Shown here piece after piece: positions 26,050-40,177 of a DNA stretch of 64,000 nucleotides (its first letter is position 1; each line of letters starts with the position of its first letter). Below the pieces are notes generated by a model. The model made no database searches. It saw only the letters and a program-made list of their open reading frames with translations, and had not been told where the DNA came from. A program made the position numbers and the translations under genes. The stretch spans positions 66,724 through 130,723 of the forward strand of contig MU058802.1 in NCBI GenBank assembly GCA_013265495.1, written 5' to 3'. Origin of the DNA: Vicugna vicugna (taxonomy: Eukaryota).

Positions 26050-26712
26050 TTTATTTATTTTTATGTATTTTATTTTGTATGGGGATGTAACTGATATATA
26101 ACATTATATTAGTCTTAGGTGTACAACATAATGATTTGACACTTGTATATTATTGAGAAATGATCACCACAGTAAGTCTAGTTAACATCCATCATCACAC
26201 ATAATTACAAGTTTTTTCTTGTGTTGAGAACTTATAAAATCTACTTTCTTAGCAACTGTCCAATATATAATGCAGTGTTATTAACTATAGTTGCCATGTT
26301 GTACATTACCTCCCCAGGACTTACTTGTTGTATAACTGGGGGTTTGTAGCTTTCGACCACCCCACTACCCTACCCCAGAGGGCAGTCACCAATCTGTTCT
26401 CTAATTTATTGTCGTTGTTTTTTTTTTAGATTCTCCAGGCAAGTGAGATTACATGGTATTTGTCTGTCTCCATCTGACTTATTTCACTAAGCATAATGCT
26501 TTTAAGGTCTATCCTTGTTGTCACCAATAGCACATTTTTCTTCGTTTTATGGTTGAATAATATTCCATTGTGTATATATGCCACTTTTTTTTTTGTCCAT
26601 TCATCCATGGATGGAAAGTAACGGTTGCTACCATGTCTTGGCTATTATAAATAATGCTGCAGTGAACACAGTGGTGCATATATCCTTTCAAATTAGTGTT
26701 TTTGTTTCCTTA
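26050..26712 (-). mobile_element. L1 3' end (L1MA9-like / laurasiatherian)
   Basis: T-rich tail at 26050-26080, ggtgtacaacataatgatttg, tgacttatttcactaagcataatg. ORF 26426..26608 (MDEWTKKK..YIHNGIL) is a decayed ORF2 C-terminus. Confidence 0.9.
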
Positions 26713-27369
26713 GGAAAAAAAACAGATTTTATAATTTTCAAGGAAATTGAAATTATAGTGCAATGCTTTCAACAGAATGCAGTGCTGAAACCTGGCATGA
26801 CGCATATAATGATATTCAGAAAATTGCACTGCACGCAATTTTAGCCTTTACGGAAACAAGAGCAAAGTCTTTTTGCTTTCATTGACATTTTTTAAACAAT
26901 TTTCATCAGAGTGCTGCATACGCATGATAGCGTATCATTTACACTTGGAAGAGTTTTCATGAAACAGACTGCTGGTATTCTGAATTTTTCAGTGCAATCA
27001 TATCTAGCTGGTATAAAGTAAAACCTCTAAATACCTGCAACTTAACACATAAAATGTTGTTTGCTCTTTCAAAGACTGCTGTAGATGCTCCTAGTAGAGC
27101 TGCTGTGGTAGGCAGCCCCCCTTTAAGTGGTTCTTCGTAAAGATAAGAGCAAATGTGAAAAAAATTAAATGGGGAGCTGTTTATGGGCAGGAGGTCCACT
27201 TTCCTTCTGTTCACATTTCATTGGCTAGTTACCTGTTACCAAATGGAGGCATGAAAACTTGAGAACTACCTTCTTTGAATGCACAGGATGAAAATGAGTA
27301 AGTTTGGTGGACAAAAAACATTATCTCTGCAAAACTCTCCTTGCCTATCCCAAGTCCAACTCCTGAAAG

Positions 27370-28640
27370 GCAAATTCTTAACAATTTTTCTATGTTTATT
27401 TAATATATTTTATCCATTTTTCCATTCATCAATGTAAGAAAACTTGCAGTTACTGCTTCCTGTGAAAATAGCTTTGACTTTAAAATCAGTATCTATTTCA
27501 ATCAACTGCTGACAGAATTTTAGGCCTGTCCTGAGAGTAATTTTTGCTCCTAATCTCACCAGTTTCTATCAATAACCATTTAACTTAGCATTTTCAGGGT
27601 TGTTAAGAGTTATTTTATGTTTAGCTTCAAAAATTTTTTTTAACTTTATGTCCCTAGATTGATTAATATTATGAAGCAATATAATTTTCACATTATTGTC
27701 ACTAGAAAATTATGCTTAATGCTGTGCCAAGTAATTTAAATATTTTACTTTCATTTGTATGTGCCTATTATTATCACTCCATAGACACTCAAATATAACT
27801 ATTCCTAGCTTCAAAAACAAGATTTTTATTTTATTGTAATCCTTCTATTCAAATCTCTCCACCACATTTTTATTTTGCTTCCTATGTAAACTGTAATGCT
27901 TATACATTAATATTTATACTGGAGTTCCTGACTAATTTTCTTTCTTGTTTCATTTTTTGTGCCTTTATCACCACCATCTTATTCTCAGCTTTCAATCATA
28001 CTTAAAATTTTATCCAGATCCCTTATTTCTTAGAAATCTCCCTGTTGAATGTCTCTGCATGATTTGGAGAAGAACCCAATAGGCTACTGCAAGTATTTGT
28101 TCAACTCTATATTTGGAGCCATCTCCTGGGCCACACGTCTTACATTGTCCTCCCTCCCCACCGCCACAGCGCAGCACTGCCATTTGACTAGTGCATAAAC
28201 AAAGTTCATCAGAAGCAAATTTTCTTTCTCTTTAATGTATGAAAACATCTTTTATGGTTTTACAGAGTTGACTGATAATTTGGCTGAGAACAGAGTTTTA
28301 GGCAGTGGCCCCAAAACACATTTTTCCTCAGACATTTGATAGCAAGATTCCAGTATTTGTAATGTCCAGCGTCCCGAGTTGCTATTTTGATTCTTGTTAA
28401 TAGGAAATATTTTCTCCCTCTCTTTCTTTTGGTTTAAAGATTTGCTCTGTATCTTTAGTTTTAAAATTCTATAAACATGAGTCAATATAGGAGTATCTTT
28501 TTCACTTACTCTGTTCATCTTAAAATGAGTTATTTTACATCATCTAAGGTCCCAAATAAATATTTTCTATTATTTCTTTCATAGCTGAACCTCATCCATT
28601 TTCTTCTCTCTATATATAAGTCTTTTATTGAATAGATTCT
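27370..28640 (-). mobile_element. Very old L1 (L1ME-like) fragments
   Basis: T-rich antisense L1 phrases such as ttgactgataatttggctgagaacagagttttagg. Heavily decayed. Confidence 0.5.
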
Positions 28641-29369
28641 TCCGGACATTTGCTTGGCACTGAATCCTCTCTTACAAGTAGAACTTTCAGTTTTACTGAG
28701 GTTGTCACAACTCTAGCACACAATCATGACACTCAGGGTGGTTAATCCTACCTCTATCCTTATTTCTTCTTACAAATGCATATGCAATTCTCCTTCCCAC
28801 CCTATTTGATTCTGTACTGGTTGTATGGCACAACTGAGGTTGATGTGTATCAAGGGAATATATGCTATGGCCAAGGCCAGATACTAATTTACATGATTAT
28901 TAAAAAATGGAAACACAAAGTCTCTTCTTCAAAAAGCAAAAGGGAAAAGTTTCATTAAAGATACCAAAATATAACTTTTTTTTTTCTCTAAGTTTCCCTT
29001 TTGTGTTATTTGCTATTTAATGTTACGCTTCCTCTGGCATTGGACACTTAGGATACTTGCAGGGTGAGTACAGACCCTGACACATGCCTTGACACTGTAC
29101 TCCTGTATCACACCAACTGTCTGTCCTTCCTTGTGCCAGATGTTGGTTCACAGGTCATGCCACATCCTGGGATGGAGAAGTCAACTTCCTCTTCCCAGTG
29201 TTCACAGCTTCAACCAATAGCAGGTGGATAACCCTGCTGCATGGTTTTGCAGACTCTGCCCCAGGAAATTCTCAGTAGTAGAAGAGTCTCAGAGGTGGAC
29301 AAAAGGCTCGCCTCCACTGATTCACCAGCCAGAACACACGCTGGACTCCCAGGCTAGAACCAGAAGGGC

Positions 29370-29740
29370 TGTCACCACACTCTTCTCTGAAATGTGGACT
29401 CAAGGTGATGAAGCTGGCTGTGGCTAGGGATGCAGGAAAAGAAGCTTTCTTCCTGTTCTGCTAAAGCTACTTGGAAAGATGCTCACTTATCTGGGTAGCA
29501 CAGTGTGTGATGTGACAGGAGGAACTGCTGCTGCAGCCAGAGAAGGTACCCAGAGGGTAAAGGTCACACATGCAGGAGAGCGAAGCTAAGACAATCACAG
29601 AGAGAGAAGCTGAGCTCTTTTCATAGACCTTCCATTGCTTATCTCATATCTGGATTTTTCATACACAAGGACAAACACATTTTAAAAACAATTTGTTAAG
29701 TTTCCTGAAATGTGCAATTGGAAGCATTCAAACTGACCCT
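29370..29740 (+). mobile_element. Old MaLR LTR fragment (MLT1J/K-like)
   Basis: ggaactgctgctgcagcca..tggatttttc..tgcaattggaagcattcaaactga. Confidence 0.5.
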
Positions 29741-31689
29741 TAAGACTGTGCATCCACCAAAACGTATGTCCATCTTTCTTTCATAGATTTTCTTTCAATA
29801 TTTTTCTCTACATTTGGGGGGAATGTTTTTGAATGTGTCATTTATGGCTCTTTTATTTTTATTTAAAGTATAAATTCTATTTTTATGTTTTTTAAATTTA
29901 TTTTTTATTTTTTCATGACATCTTATTTTTAAGGAATGTATTTTTTCCCAAGTAGCTGAATGTTTAATTGAATTTTCATTTAGCTTATTGTAAAATTTTC
30001 ATTTTTCTAAATTAGTTTGGTTTCCCTTAGTTCAGATTTTCACAGTTTTTTGTTTGTTTATTATACTTTTTTTGTTCAATTTTTTACTGGCCATGCTTAG
30101 GGGTCTCCATTAAGCATGAGAGTATTTAAATTTCTTTAATTCATCTATTAAGCCCGGGGATGGTACATAGATGGAATTTTTTTTTTTCTTTGCTGTTGGG
30201 TAGGTGGATTGATTACTAGACCATCCCTGTGAAAGGAAATGGTGTGAGATTTCTAGCCATGACTTTTGGAAAGGAATTGGCAAAATTCACTTCGAGATGA
30301 GGAGAACTGAATGTTACTGGGTTGTGAACAGTCCTTAATGAGACCACAAATACTAATATATGGAGGTCTTATTTTCAGGCATTCACATCAGCTTTAGATT
30401 GTCTGGGGATAATGCAGGCTCCCTATTCTCTGTATGCCCCTGGTGAGAGGTTACAGCACCACGAAACAGGCTTTTTAACCAGACTCTAAATAGATTTCTT
30501 TGGTTTTAACATGCATTTCATTATAACTCTCTTCTGCATTCTGACTCTGAGCCCAAAATCTCTCTGAACTCCTCTTGGGCTGACTTCTCTCCCCTTTTAT
30601 TGGGCAACATTGAACCATATTCTTTGCTCTGATGTGACGCTTGTTTCTGTTTCATCCTTACTCCAGTGCTAGTCTCTCTTTCTTTTTCTCTGAAATACTC
30701 TAAAATCTTTATTCATTTTTAAACTCCATCTTGTTTATTATGTGTTTATCCCTTGCTCTATTTTTATACTCTTGTGCCATCTTAAGAGGTACAGAAAACA
30801 AAGGAATATTCCTAGTTTGGCATATTGAATCTTAAACCTTACATTGAATTTCGATAACCCATCACATTGCTTTTTTATTGCACAATTCTAAATGAAATTG
30901 ATTATCCACTCAACAATTGATTGCTTGAATAATTCAGTAATGCGTTCTAATTTGTCAAATTTAGGCTAAAAACAAAAGAATGATAAACATAAGTTTTAGC
31001 ATTCTTCAGCCGTTTCACTTGTGCCTCGCCTGCAATTCAGTAGATATGCATTCCAATAATTGTGGTGTCTCCTTACTTGTGAGAAAGAATTACTGACCTA
31101 TATCCAATAGTTCATATAAACACTTAGTAAGATACTATTTGATTATATGTAAATGAATGTAGCACAGCCGATAATATGGACCACAGTCCGTCTTGGGTGA
31201 TATTAAGGACCATTTATCTTTCCTAAGGAATGAATGGGTTTTGAATGGGGCACATGAAATGGTACTTCGTCTTCTCTTAGATATTTTTGTGCTCTTGCTT
31301 CTCTAATACTCATGCACCTGCAATATGGTAAAAAAAAGTTTGTTTCAATCCTTAATTTTAAAAGTAGAATAAAAGACAAATTGTTACTTGTTAGCCAAAA
31401 ATTCATAACAATCAAGAACTTTGGTTCAGTTTTAATCTTCAAGGTAATATGAAAATAACAAAGGAAATACAATTAAAGTGCCCCCTTCAGTCTTAATTAG
31501 GTTACATTCCCTTAGGGAAGTAAAGAGAGAACACAGTTATAGTTAGCTTTCATTATTAAACACCTCTTAATGCATACGTGTGCTGTTTAGGAGTTTATAT
31601 AATGATTTGCTCATTAGACCAACCAACACATAATCACTTCTAGAGTCAATTAATATAAATAGGTGATAAATCACTCGCTAATTCAACAC

Positions 31690-32340
31690 TAAACTGAGTT
31701 TTGTCCATCTCTTATGCCTTTAACCTCATCTTCTTCTTTATTATAGGCTTTCGACATCATCAATTAAACAAACTCAGATCTCCCCATCTTAAAAAGAAAA
31801 CCAAATAAGCACTCTCTCTATTAAGATCCCTCTTTAATTTTCATTGCAGAACATGTTACCAAAAAAAAAAAAAAGGTTCTATATTCTCTGTCCATTTTTT
31901 TGCTCCAAGGTATCCTTTTTCTCTACTCATTAGTTTCAGTAAAGTTAAAACAAACTTGAAACAAGGTCAAACTCTGTGTCTACCATAATTTCCTTTCCTG
32001 CAATAGCTATCATAGCAAGGGTTATGAATTCCAAGTCTTTACTTCTGGCTCAGACATCTGTGTAGATTTCTAGAAAAGTATATGCAGCTCCTTATCGAAT
32101 CTATCTACATACATGTCCCTCAAGCACCACAAAATTGACAATTCCATATTTACTCTTTCTGATTTTCACTGAAAATCTTAGCATAGCTCTGCATTGTCAC
32201 TTACCAGCACAAGCTTTCCGTTACACTATAAACTGCTTGAGGAAAAAGATTATAATTTTCTGTCTTCAAGTCTTTTGTGCTTAATAGAGTGCATGTTACA
32301 TATAAAGCGATCAATGAATATGCATTTAATAAACGAATAC
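31690..32340 (+). mobile_element. L2 LINE remnants including the 3' end
   Basis: ctataaactgcttgagg..agtgcatgttacatataaagcgatcaatgaatatgc..aacgaata. Confidence 0.6.
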
Positions 32341-34204
32341 ATCTGTGTGATTTTAACATTTTTTTGAACTATGACATGCATTTGTATGTATCTATAACCA
32401 ATATGGTAAATAAGAAATAAGTGAACTACAATAAGGTTCTCTCCCCAATAACATAAGCTGTTTTTCAGTCCATTATAAACATAAGATTAGCCTTGTGACA
32501 ACTTTTAATCACTCTAAACAAAGCCACAACTTGCACCAGCACTACATAAATTAGAAGAGTAGGAAAATAAAATGATAATGTGTTAAGCTTTAATATTCAA
32601 CTAATATTGAATTACTTGAGGAAGCACTCATGGATTTTAATCGTAGGCATGTCGGAGATCACAAACACAACTCTGGTTGATAATAAGTCAGATTGCCACT
32701 CCCCAGACCACTGAACAATATCATAATAAATGAAATGATGTAACAAGGAAGTCATTACTAGCAAAGAGCATACTGAGGCTTCATCTTGTATGAAAGAAAA
32801 GAAAACCGATCTCATCCTGCTAAATAAGTCAGCCAGGAGAAACAGAACAATAAAATTAATAACGTGTTCCCTGATAACACAGGAGCAAGCTGAATGGGGA
32901 ATCAGATAGGGCGGCAGACAGTAAACCTGAAAACAGTGTAACTGATACCAAGGAGACTAACAAGAGTATTCATGAGAGGCAAACACATGAAAAAGTAAAA
33001 ATAATAATGGACACAATGATAGTGATTTAGGTAATGCTGAGAAGCTTATCTTTAAGAGAAATGTAAGAATAATGAATGTCCTAAGTTTGTTCAAAGTGAA
33101 TATGAGCTGACTTAGAAAAGAAAAGAAAAAAAAACATTATCTCATGGCTGTTATGCTACATATTATCAACCAAAGTCTGAAAGAGGTTATTTTTTAAAGT
33201 AACAACCTCAAATAATTATTCCTAAAGAGATGATTCCTTTAACCACCCACTATACAGTCCATACAATAAAAAAAAGTTACATAATAGGGTTCCCTGAGGC
33301 CAAAATGGCTTAACTGTCAATATAAGAGAATAGTTTCAGGAATCAACATACTTATTTATATCAATTTATCTTGGCTTATTACCTTTTTTCCTGGTTCTTG
33401 TTATGACACAAACTTTCTGGAAACCTATTCCTAAGCAGGGCATCACCATGACACAGAAGATGGGAATCAGCCCAGACCAATCCTAACCCTCCCTAGTCTC
33501 AGGCAGCCTGCATCTCTGAAACTGTGCCAGATACTGCGTGGGATCCCAGCCTGTTCAAAATGAACAGCAACAACACATATACTGTGGAAAAATTAGTAAT
33601 TTTAGGTAATTCCCTTCTATTCATGCCACTTTCCCCTGTAATCTTTGGTGGTCAAACAGAAATCAAACCATCCTCAGGCTTCTCTTTCCAATCTGTTCTT
33701 ACCTACAATACTTGTTGCATACAATTCTCATGATGCTCCACTGGTAACCTTATATCTATGGTAAATAAACTGGCTTGAAAATTTTAAATTCCACAGAATA
33801 TTTTTTCTAACACCTAGAATCAATTGAATCCTGGTTCATAACTGAGCCTTTTGCATCTCTTGCATCAATCTAGCTTATTAAACATGTAAAATCATGCTAA
33901 ACAAAACTGCCTGTACTAACAGACCTTATCTGTCATGTTACTAATGATTCTTGCTGGACCACAGACTTCCTTCTGCATTAGGAAGACTGCAACATAATTT
34001 TAGCACTTCCACTATTAATGAAATTCCAAATTTCAAGATTTCTGACATCCAGTTATAACATACCTGTGTTAAATTTTCAAGATATCTTTAACTCTTTGCA
34101 TGCTTCTAGTCTCTTCAATTCTATCATATTTTCTCATAGTTTTCCTCTTTTTATTATATTCATCCCTAGACTCATGGTTGATCATCTAAAATTTACTTTT
34201 ATTT

Positions 34205-34750
34205 AGAATTTCTTAACTTAGGACTTGCTAAAAAAAGAGCTTGAAGTCAAAGTTAAGGGTGATTTATTGGGGGTGCAAGGCTAAGACAAAGAGAGTGAGG
34301 AAAAAGAAAGGACACACAGAGAAGCATGAGAAGAGATACATTGACCACTGCTAGAAAAAATACAGAGCCAGTCAGTCAGTGTAGAGGACATATCTGGCAC
34401 AGATTGTGTAGAAGCAGTCTATTGATGGAGGGAAAAGAGCTGAAATTTATAGGCAGAACTCTCTCTCCTCTCTTATTCAAAATCATCAAGATTTATCCTG
34501 TAAGAAGTTCTCTGCAGTTCTGGTCATGGTCACTTGACTCTTTCAAGTGATCTGACTTTGGCTACTGGGAAAGCTAGAAACTTCAATAAGTTGTTGAATT
34601 CTGGAAGAATTGGGAAAAGCCAGGCTTTAACCCTCAGTGGAGGGACTGCTTAGGATTCTACAAAATTCTTTGTTGTATTGTTTGGAGCACAATAAGTAGC
34701 TGAGAGCTGGGAGAAAGCCAAGGCTGGAAAAATCTGAGGCATTTCATATA
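34205..34750. mobile_element. Old ERVL LTR (LTR33/LTR41-like)
   Basis: aaagagcttgaagtcaaag..tttattggggg..aatctgaggc. Pattern recalled from consensus. Confidence 0.45.
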
Positions 34751-35354
34751 GAATGTTACCAAGCCATGCAAAAATACTCAGCCACACCCTCCTTTCTCCT
34801 GTATCCCAGTCTTACGGGAACTGCACAGGGGGTCAACTTTCCAATCTTATGCTTTTTATACCCAGAAAGTTGAATCTTACAGTTCAGAAATTTGTGACAT
34901 AGAAAAGAAAATCCTTTGAGTTAATAATTCTATTTCTATAGGAATTTAAAAAATGTGCATTGCTAGTTTTACTTTCTCACCCAAAACACATATCTTTACT
35001 GTCCGAGAAATCTGGGATTAGTCTTTTCTATGAAAAATGCTAAGTTCAAATCTTTTAAAGCATAAACTCAAAAAAATATATAGTTTAATCTTCTAACTGG
35101 AAATTCCATCCTCCCATCATGTTCAAAACTGAACAAAATTTGTTTTGATAAAGAAGCACAAAAGAAAGTAAGAGAACAGAAGGGAGGAAGGAAGAGATAG
35201 AGAGAAGGAGGTAGGAAAGGAGGAGATTCAGAGTCTTTAAAAAGAGTCATGGGAAAACAGATGTGTTATTTCTTGTTTGTTATAAACAGGAAATACATAG
35301 TCATAATTTCTACTGTCTGCAATCCTAAAATCATGACAAGAAACAACCGTCACA

Positions 35355-38300
35355 TGTGTGTATGTGTGCGTGTTTGTATATAAGTGAAATAAATAATAGC
35401 AATAATAAAAGGGATGGAATGGAGGAATCAGGTTTATTTTGTTATTGTAAATTACTTATATTACTCGTGAATTGGTATAGTGTTACTGAAAATTGGATTT
35501 GGATTAGCTGTAAATGCATATTGAAAACTCTAGGGCAACAAATAAAAAAGTAAAGAAATAAGTACAACCAGTATGTTGAGAAAGGAGAGAAAATGTAATC
35601 ATATATAAATGCTCAATTAAGACTGCAAAAGGTAGAAAAAGAGTGGAAGACAAACCTACGAACAAAAAACAAGGGCAAATAAGAGAAAACAGTAGTGAAT
35701 ATATCAGATATTAATCCTATGTCAATAATCACTCGGAAAACCAATGGTCTAAATGCACCAATTAAAAGAGATTGTCAGGGTAAATCAAACAACAAGATCC
35801 AACTATACGTTGTCTACATGAAACCAACTTTAAATATGAAGACACTCAGATTAAAAGTAAATGTGTGGAAATACATATATACATGCTAATATTAATCAAA
35901 AGAAAGCGGGATTAGCCTTGTTAATTTCAGACAGAGCATATTGCAAAGCAAAGAAAGTTTCAGTTATAAAGAAGGGCATTACATAATGACAAAGGAATTA
36001 ATTCTAAAAGAAGATATAATTCTTAACATGTATATATCTAAAAACAATGCATCCAAACTATATGAGGCAAAAACTAATAGAACTATGAAGAGAAAAAGGT
36101 AAATCTACTATCATAACTGGAGATTTCAAAACTCCTTTCTCAGAAATGGCCAGATTAAGCAGGCAGCATGTCAGTAAAAACATAGTAGAACAACAACTAT
36201 CATTGTCAACAACAAAATCTTTCAGATGGATATAATTGACTTTTATAAATTATTTCATCCAACAACAACAGAACATACATTCCACTGGAGCTTACATGAA
36301 ACATTTATTAAAACAGACCATGTTCTGGGAGATAAAACACACTTTAACAAATTTAAAAGAAAATAAATCAATGTCTTCTCTCAGACCACAATGAAATTAA
36401 AATAAAAAGCAATAATCAAAATATAACTGGAAAATACAGAAATAAGCAAAGATTAAATAATAAACTTCTGAATAGCACAAAGATCAAAGAGGAAACCTAA
36501 AGAGAAATTTAAAAAATAATTTCAACTAACTCAAAATGAAAACACAAATTATCAGAATTATGGGATATAATTAGAGCAGTGCTTAGAATGAAATTTATAG
36601 CATCGAATGCATATATTAGCAGTGAAGAAAATTCTAAAGTCAATAGTCTAAGTTTCTATCTTAGGGAACTAGAAAAAGAAAAACAAATTAATTCCAAAGT
36701 AAGTGGAAAAAAAGAAATAATTAGAATTAGAGAAGAAATCAATGAAAATGAATATAGGAAATAATTAGAAGAAAATCAATGAAACCAAAAACTAGTACTT
36801 TTAATAACATTTTTATAACATTGATAATAACATTTTAATAACATGGATAAGCCTCTACTCAGGCTGAATTTAAAAAAAAGAGTGAGAGGACACAAATCAC
36901 TAATATCAGAAATGAAACTGGCACATCACTAAATATCCTACAGCCATTAAAAAGATAATGAAGGAATACTCCGAACAACACTGTGCCCACAAATTTGATA
37001 ACCTAAATGAAGTAGGTCAATTTCTTGAAAGATGCAACCTGCCAAAACTCACATAAAAAGAAACAGACTATCTGAATATGTGTATATCTACTAAAACAAT
37101 TCAATGAATAATTAATAACCTTCCAAAATAGCATCAGGCCAGAAAAGTTCATTGGTGAAGCCTACCAAATGAAATCAAACCAATATTTATAATCTCTTCC
37201 AGAGTACAGAGCAGAGGGACAACTTCCTAACTGATTCAATAAGGCCACCATTACCCTAATACCAAAACTGATAACGACATTACAAAAAAATAAAACAAAA
37301 CAAAACAAAACAAACCCACAGGCCAATATCTCATATGAACATAAAGGTTAGAATTCTCAACAAAATATTGGCAAATTGAATTCTACAATGTTTACAAAGA
37401 ATTATACACCATGATCAAGTGTGCAAGGCTGGTTCAATTTTCTAAAATCAATTACTATATAACCCATCACATGGATAAGCTAAAAGAAAAAGTCATCTAA
37501 TCCTATGAATAGATGCTAAATAATAATTTGGAAAAATATGTAACCATCCTCATGATAAAAACTCTCAGTAAAGTAGGAATAGAACAGAATTTTCTTAACT
37601 TGATAAAAAAAATTTATAAAAAACTACAACTACTAATGGTGAGAAACTGGAATCTTTCCTACCAAGATTAGGTACAAAGTGAGGATGTCTCTTTTTACCA
37701 TTATTTTTCAACATTGTACTAGAAATTTTAGTTAATGCAATGAGACAAGAAAAGGAAATAAAACATATGCAAATTGAGAAGGAAGAAATAATATTTTTTT
37801 TCATAGACATGATCTTCTATGTACAAACTCCAAAATAATTGACCAAAAAATTCTTAGAACTAATAAGCAATTGTAGCAAAGTTGCAGGATACAAGGTTAA
37901 TATTTAAAAAAAATCAATGTTTCCTGTATGCCAGCATTGAACAAGTAGAATTTGAAATTAAACATGATACCATTTACATTAGCACCTCAAAGAATGAAAT
38001 ACTTAGGTACAAATCTAATAAAGTATGTATAAGATACATATAGAAAAACCACATAATTCTGATGAAGGAAACCAAAGAAAAGCTAAATAAATGGAGAGAT
38101 ATGCCACGTTCAATATTTTCAAGATGTGATTTCCTTCCAAACTGACCTATAGATTCCAAACAAAAATGTCATTCCAAACAAAATCCCAGAAAGTTATCAT
38201 ATGGCTATTGACAAATTGATTCTAAAGTTTATACTGAGAGGCAAAAGACCCTAAATAGTCAATGTAATATTGAAGAGAAGAACAAATTTGGAGAACTGAG

Positions 38301-39572
38301 AACCCCTGATACCAAGACTTACTCTTAAACTACAATTTTAAGACAGTGTCATATTGGTGAAAAAAAAATAGACAAATAGATCAGTGGAATAGAATAGAGA
38401 GTCCAGAAACAGACCCACATAAACATAGTCAACAGATCCTTGACAATGGAGAAAAGGCAATACAATGGAGTAAGGATAATCTTTTCAACAAATAGTGCTG
38501 GAACAAACGGATACCTGCACGCAAAAGAAAAAAAAACCAATATGAATTTTACAATCATCACAAAGATTAAGTTAAAATATGTCACACACCTAAATATAAA
38601 ATACAAAACTATAAAACTCCTTAGAAGATAGTGTAGTAAAAAATCTTGATGGCCCTGGGTTTAGCAATGACTTCGCAGATACAACAATAAAGCCATGATC
38701 CATGAAAGAAATAATTGAAAAGCTAGAATTTATTAAAACTAAAAACTTCTCTTCTGAGAAAGCCAATAGCAAAATAATTAGAATATAAACCACAGTCTGA
38801 GAAAATATTTGCAAAGACATACCTGATAAAAGACTGTTAGTCAAAGTATAAAAATAACTCTTAAAACACGATAGTAAGAAAATGAGCAATCTGACTGAAA
38901 AAAGAGGCCAAAACCTTAACAGACACCTGCCTAAATAAGATATAAGGATGGCAAATAATCATATGAAAAGATACTCCATGTCCTATGTTAGGGAAATTCA
39001 AATGAAAACAACAAGATAACCACTGCACACCTATTAGAATGGCCAATACTCAGGATGTTAACAATACCAAATGCTGGAGAGGATGTGGAACAAAAGGAAT
39101 TCTCATTCATTGAAGTGGGACTTTAAAATTGTACAGCCACGTGGAAGGCATTTTGACAGGTTTATTTTTCAAACTAAACATACACTTACCATACAATTCA
39201 GCAATCACAATTCTTGGTATACAAGGAAAGGGTTTGAAAATGTATGTCCACACAAAAACCTGAACATAGACATTTATAGTAGCTTTATTCATAATTGCCA
39301 AAACTTGGAGGCAACCAAGATATCTTTCAGGAGTTAAATGGATAAATGATCTTTGATGCATCCAAACAATGGATTATTATTCAGCACTAAAACGAATAAG
39401 CTATCAAGCCATGAAAAGATATGAAAGAAATATAAATGCATATTGCTAAGTGAAAGAAGCCAATATAAAAAGGCTACATACCATATCATTTTAACTATAT
39501 AGAAAAGGCAAGATGGAGGATAAGACAAAAGATCAGTGGTTGCCAGAGGTTAAGGTAGAAGGAAGGATTAAT
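35355..39572 (+). mobile_element. Ancient L1 (L1MC/L1MD-like): inter-ORF region, nearly all of a disrupted ORF2, and part of the 3'UTR
   Basis: Endonuclease start SIIT..NGLNAPIKR at about 35720, GDF at about 36118, LSDHNEIK at about 36377, RT region (aggccaatatctc, caaggctggttcaa, atagacatgatc), ORF2 C-terminus at about 39100-39480. Many stops and frameshifts. Confidence 0.95.
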
Positions 39573-39576
39573 ATGT

Positions 39577-40177
39577 TGGGAGACAATGGCTAGAGAGGGC
39601 TGGAGTTGGGTATTTCCATTCTTAAATCAGTTTTGCTCTGATCACACCCCAGTAGGTCTGGCTCTGGTTAACTAATGAGGGCAGGCCTTGTTAAGAACAG
39701 AGTCCTCTGGAGTATTTCAAGGTGACCTCTTTACTCCTTCCCCTGCTGGAAGCACGAGGGGATTTTTTCACTCCAGTATTTACTCTCTGAACCTGCCAAG
39801 CTCCTGGAGGAAAGACTCACAAAGTGCGGGCAGGCAGCCGTGGTGGGGGGAGCCTCTGGCTGGGTTCTGAGCTTTTAACTCTCAGGTTTGTCCAAATTGT
39901 GCCTCCAGCAATTCGTCAATTACAGTTTTGATGTCCCTACCCAGCACTGGTTCCCATGGTCATTTACACTCTTGGATCTCTTCTTTGGTAAGCCTTACCT
40001 CCCTGTATTTACCTCACTCTCCAGTCCCAGGGACTGCAGATTCCTCTATGTCCTTGTGTCTCTTTAGATCCTAGAAGAGTTGCTCGTTTTTCATTCTGTT
40101 CAGCTTTTTACTTCTTACTAGGATGGACTGGCAACTCCCCAGCTCCCAACATACAGAGATGAAAACTGGAAATCCCA
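39577..40177 (-). mobile_element. L1MC/L1MD-type 5'UTR fragment including the element's 5' start, antisense
   Basis: GC-richer block (gacaatggctagagagggctggagttgggtatttcc...ctccagcaattcgtcaattacag...ctagaagagttg) matching my recall of the L1MCa/L1MDa 5'-end consensus. Confidence 0.7.

Noticed and set aside
35695..39528. Cluster of 60-99 aa ORFs on both strands
   Set aside because: Fragments and antisense frames of a dead L1 ORF2, not host genes or an active element.
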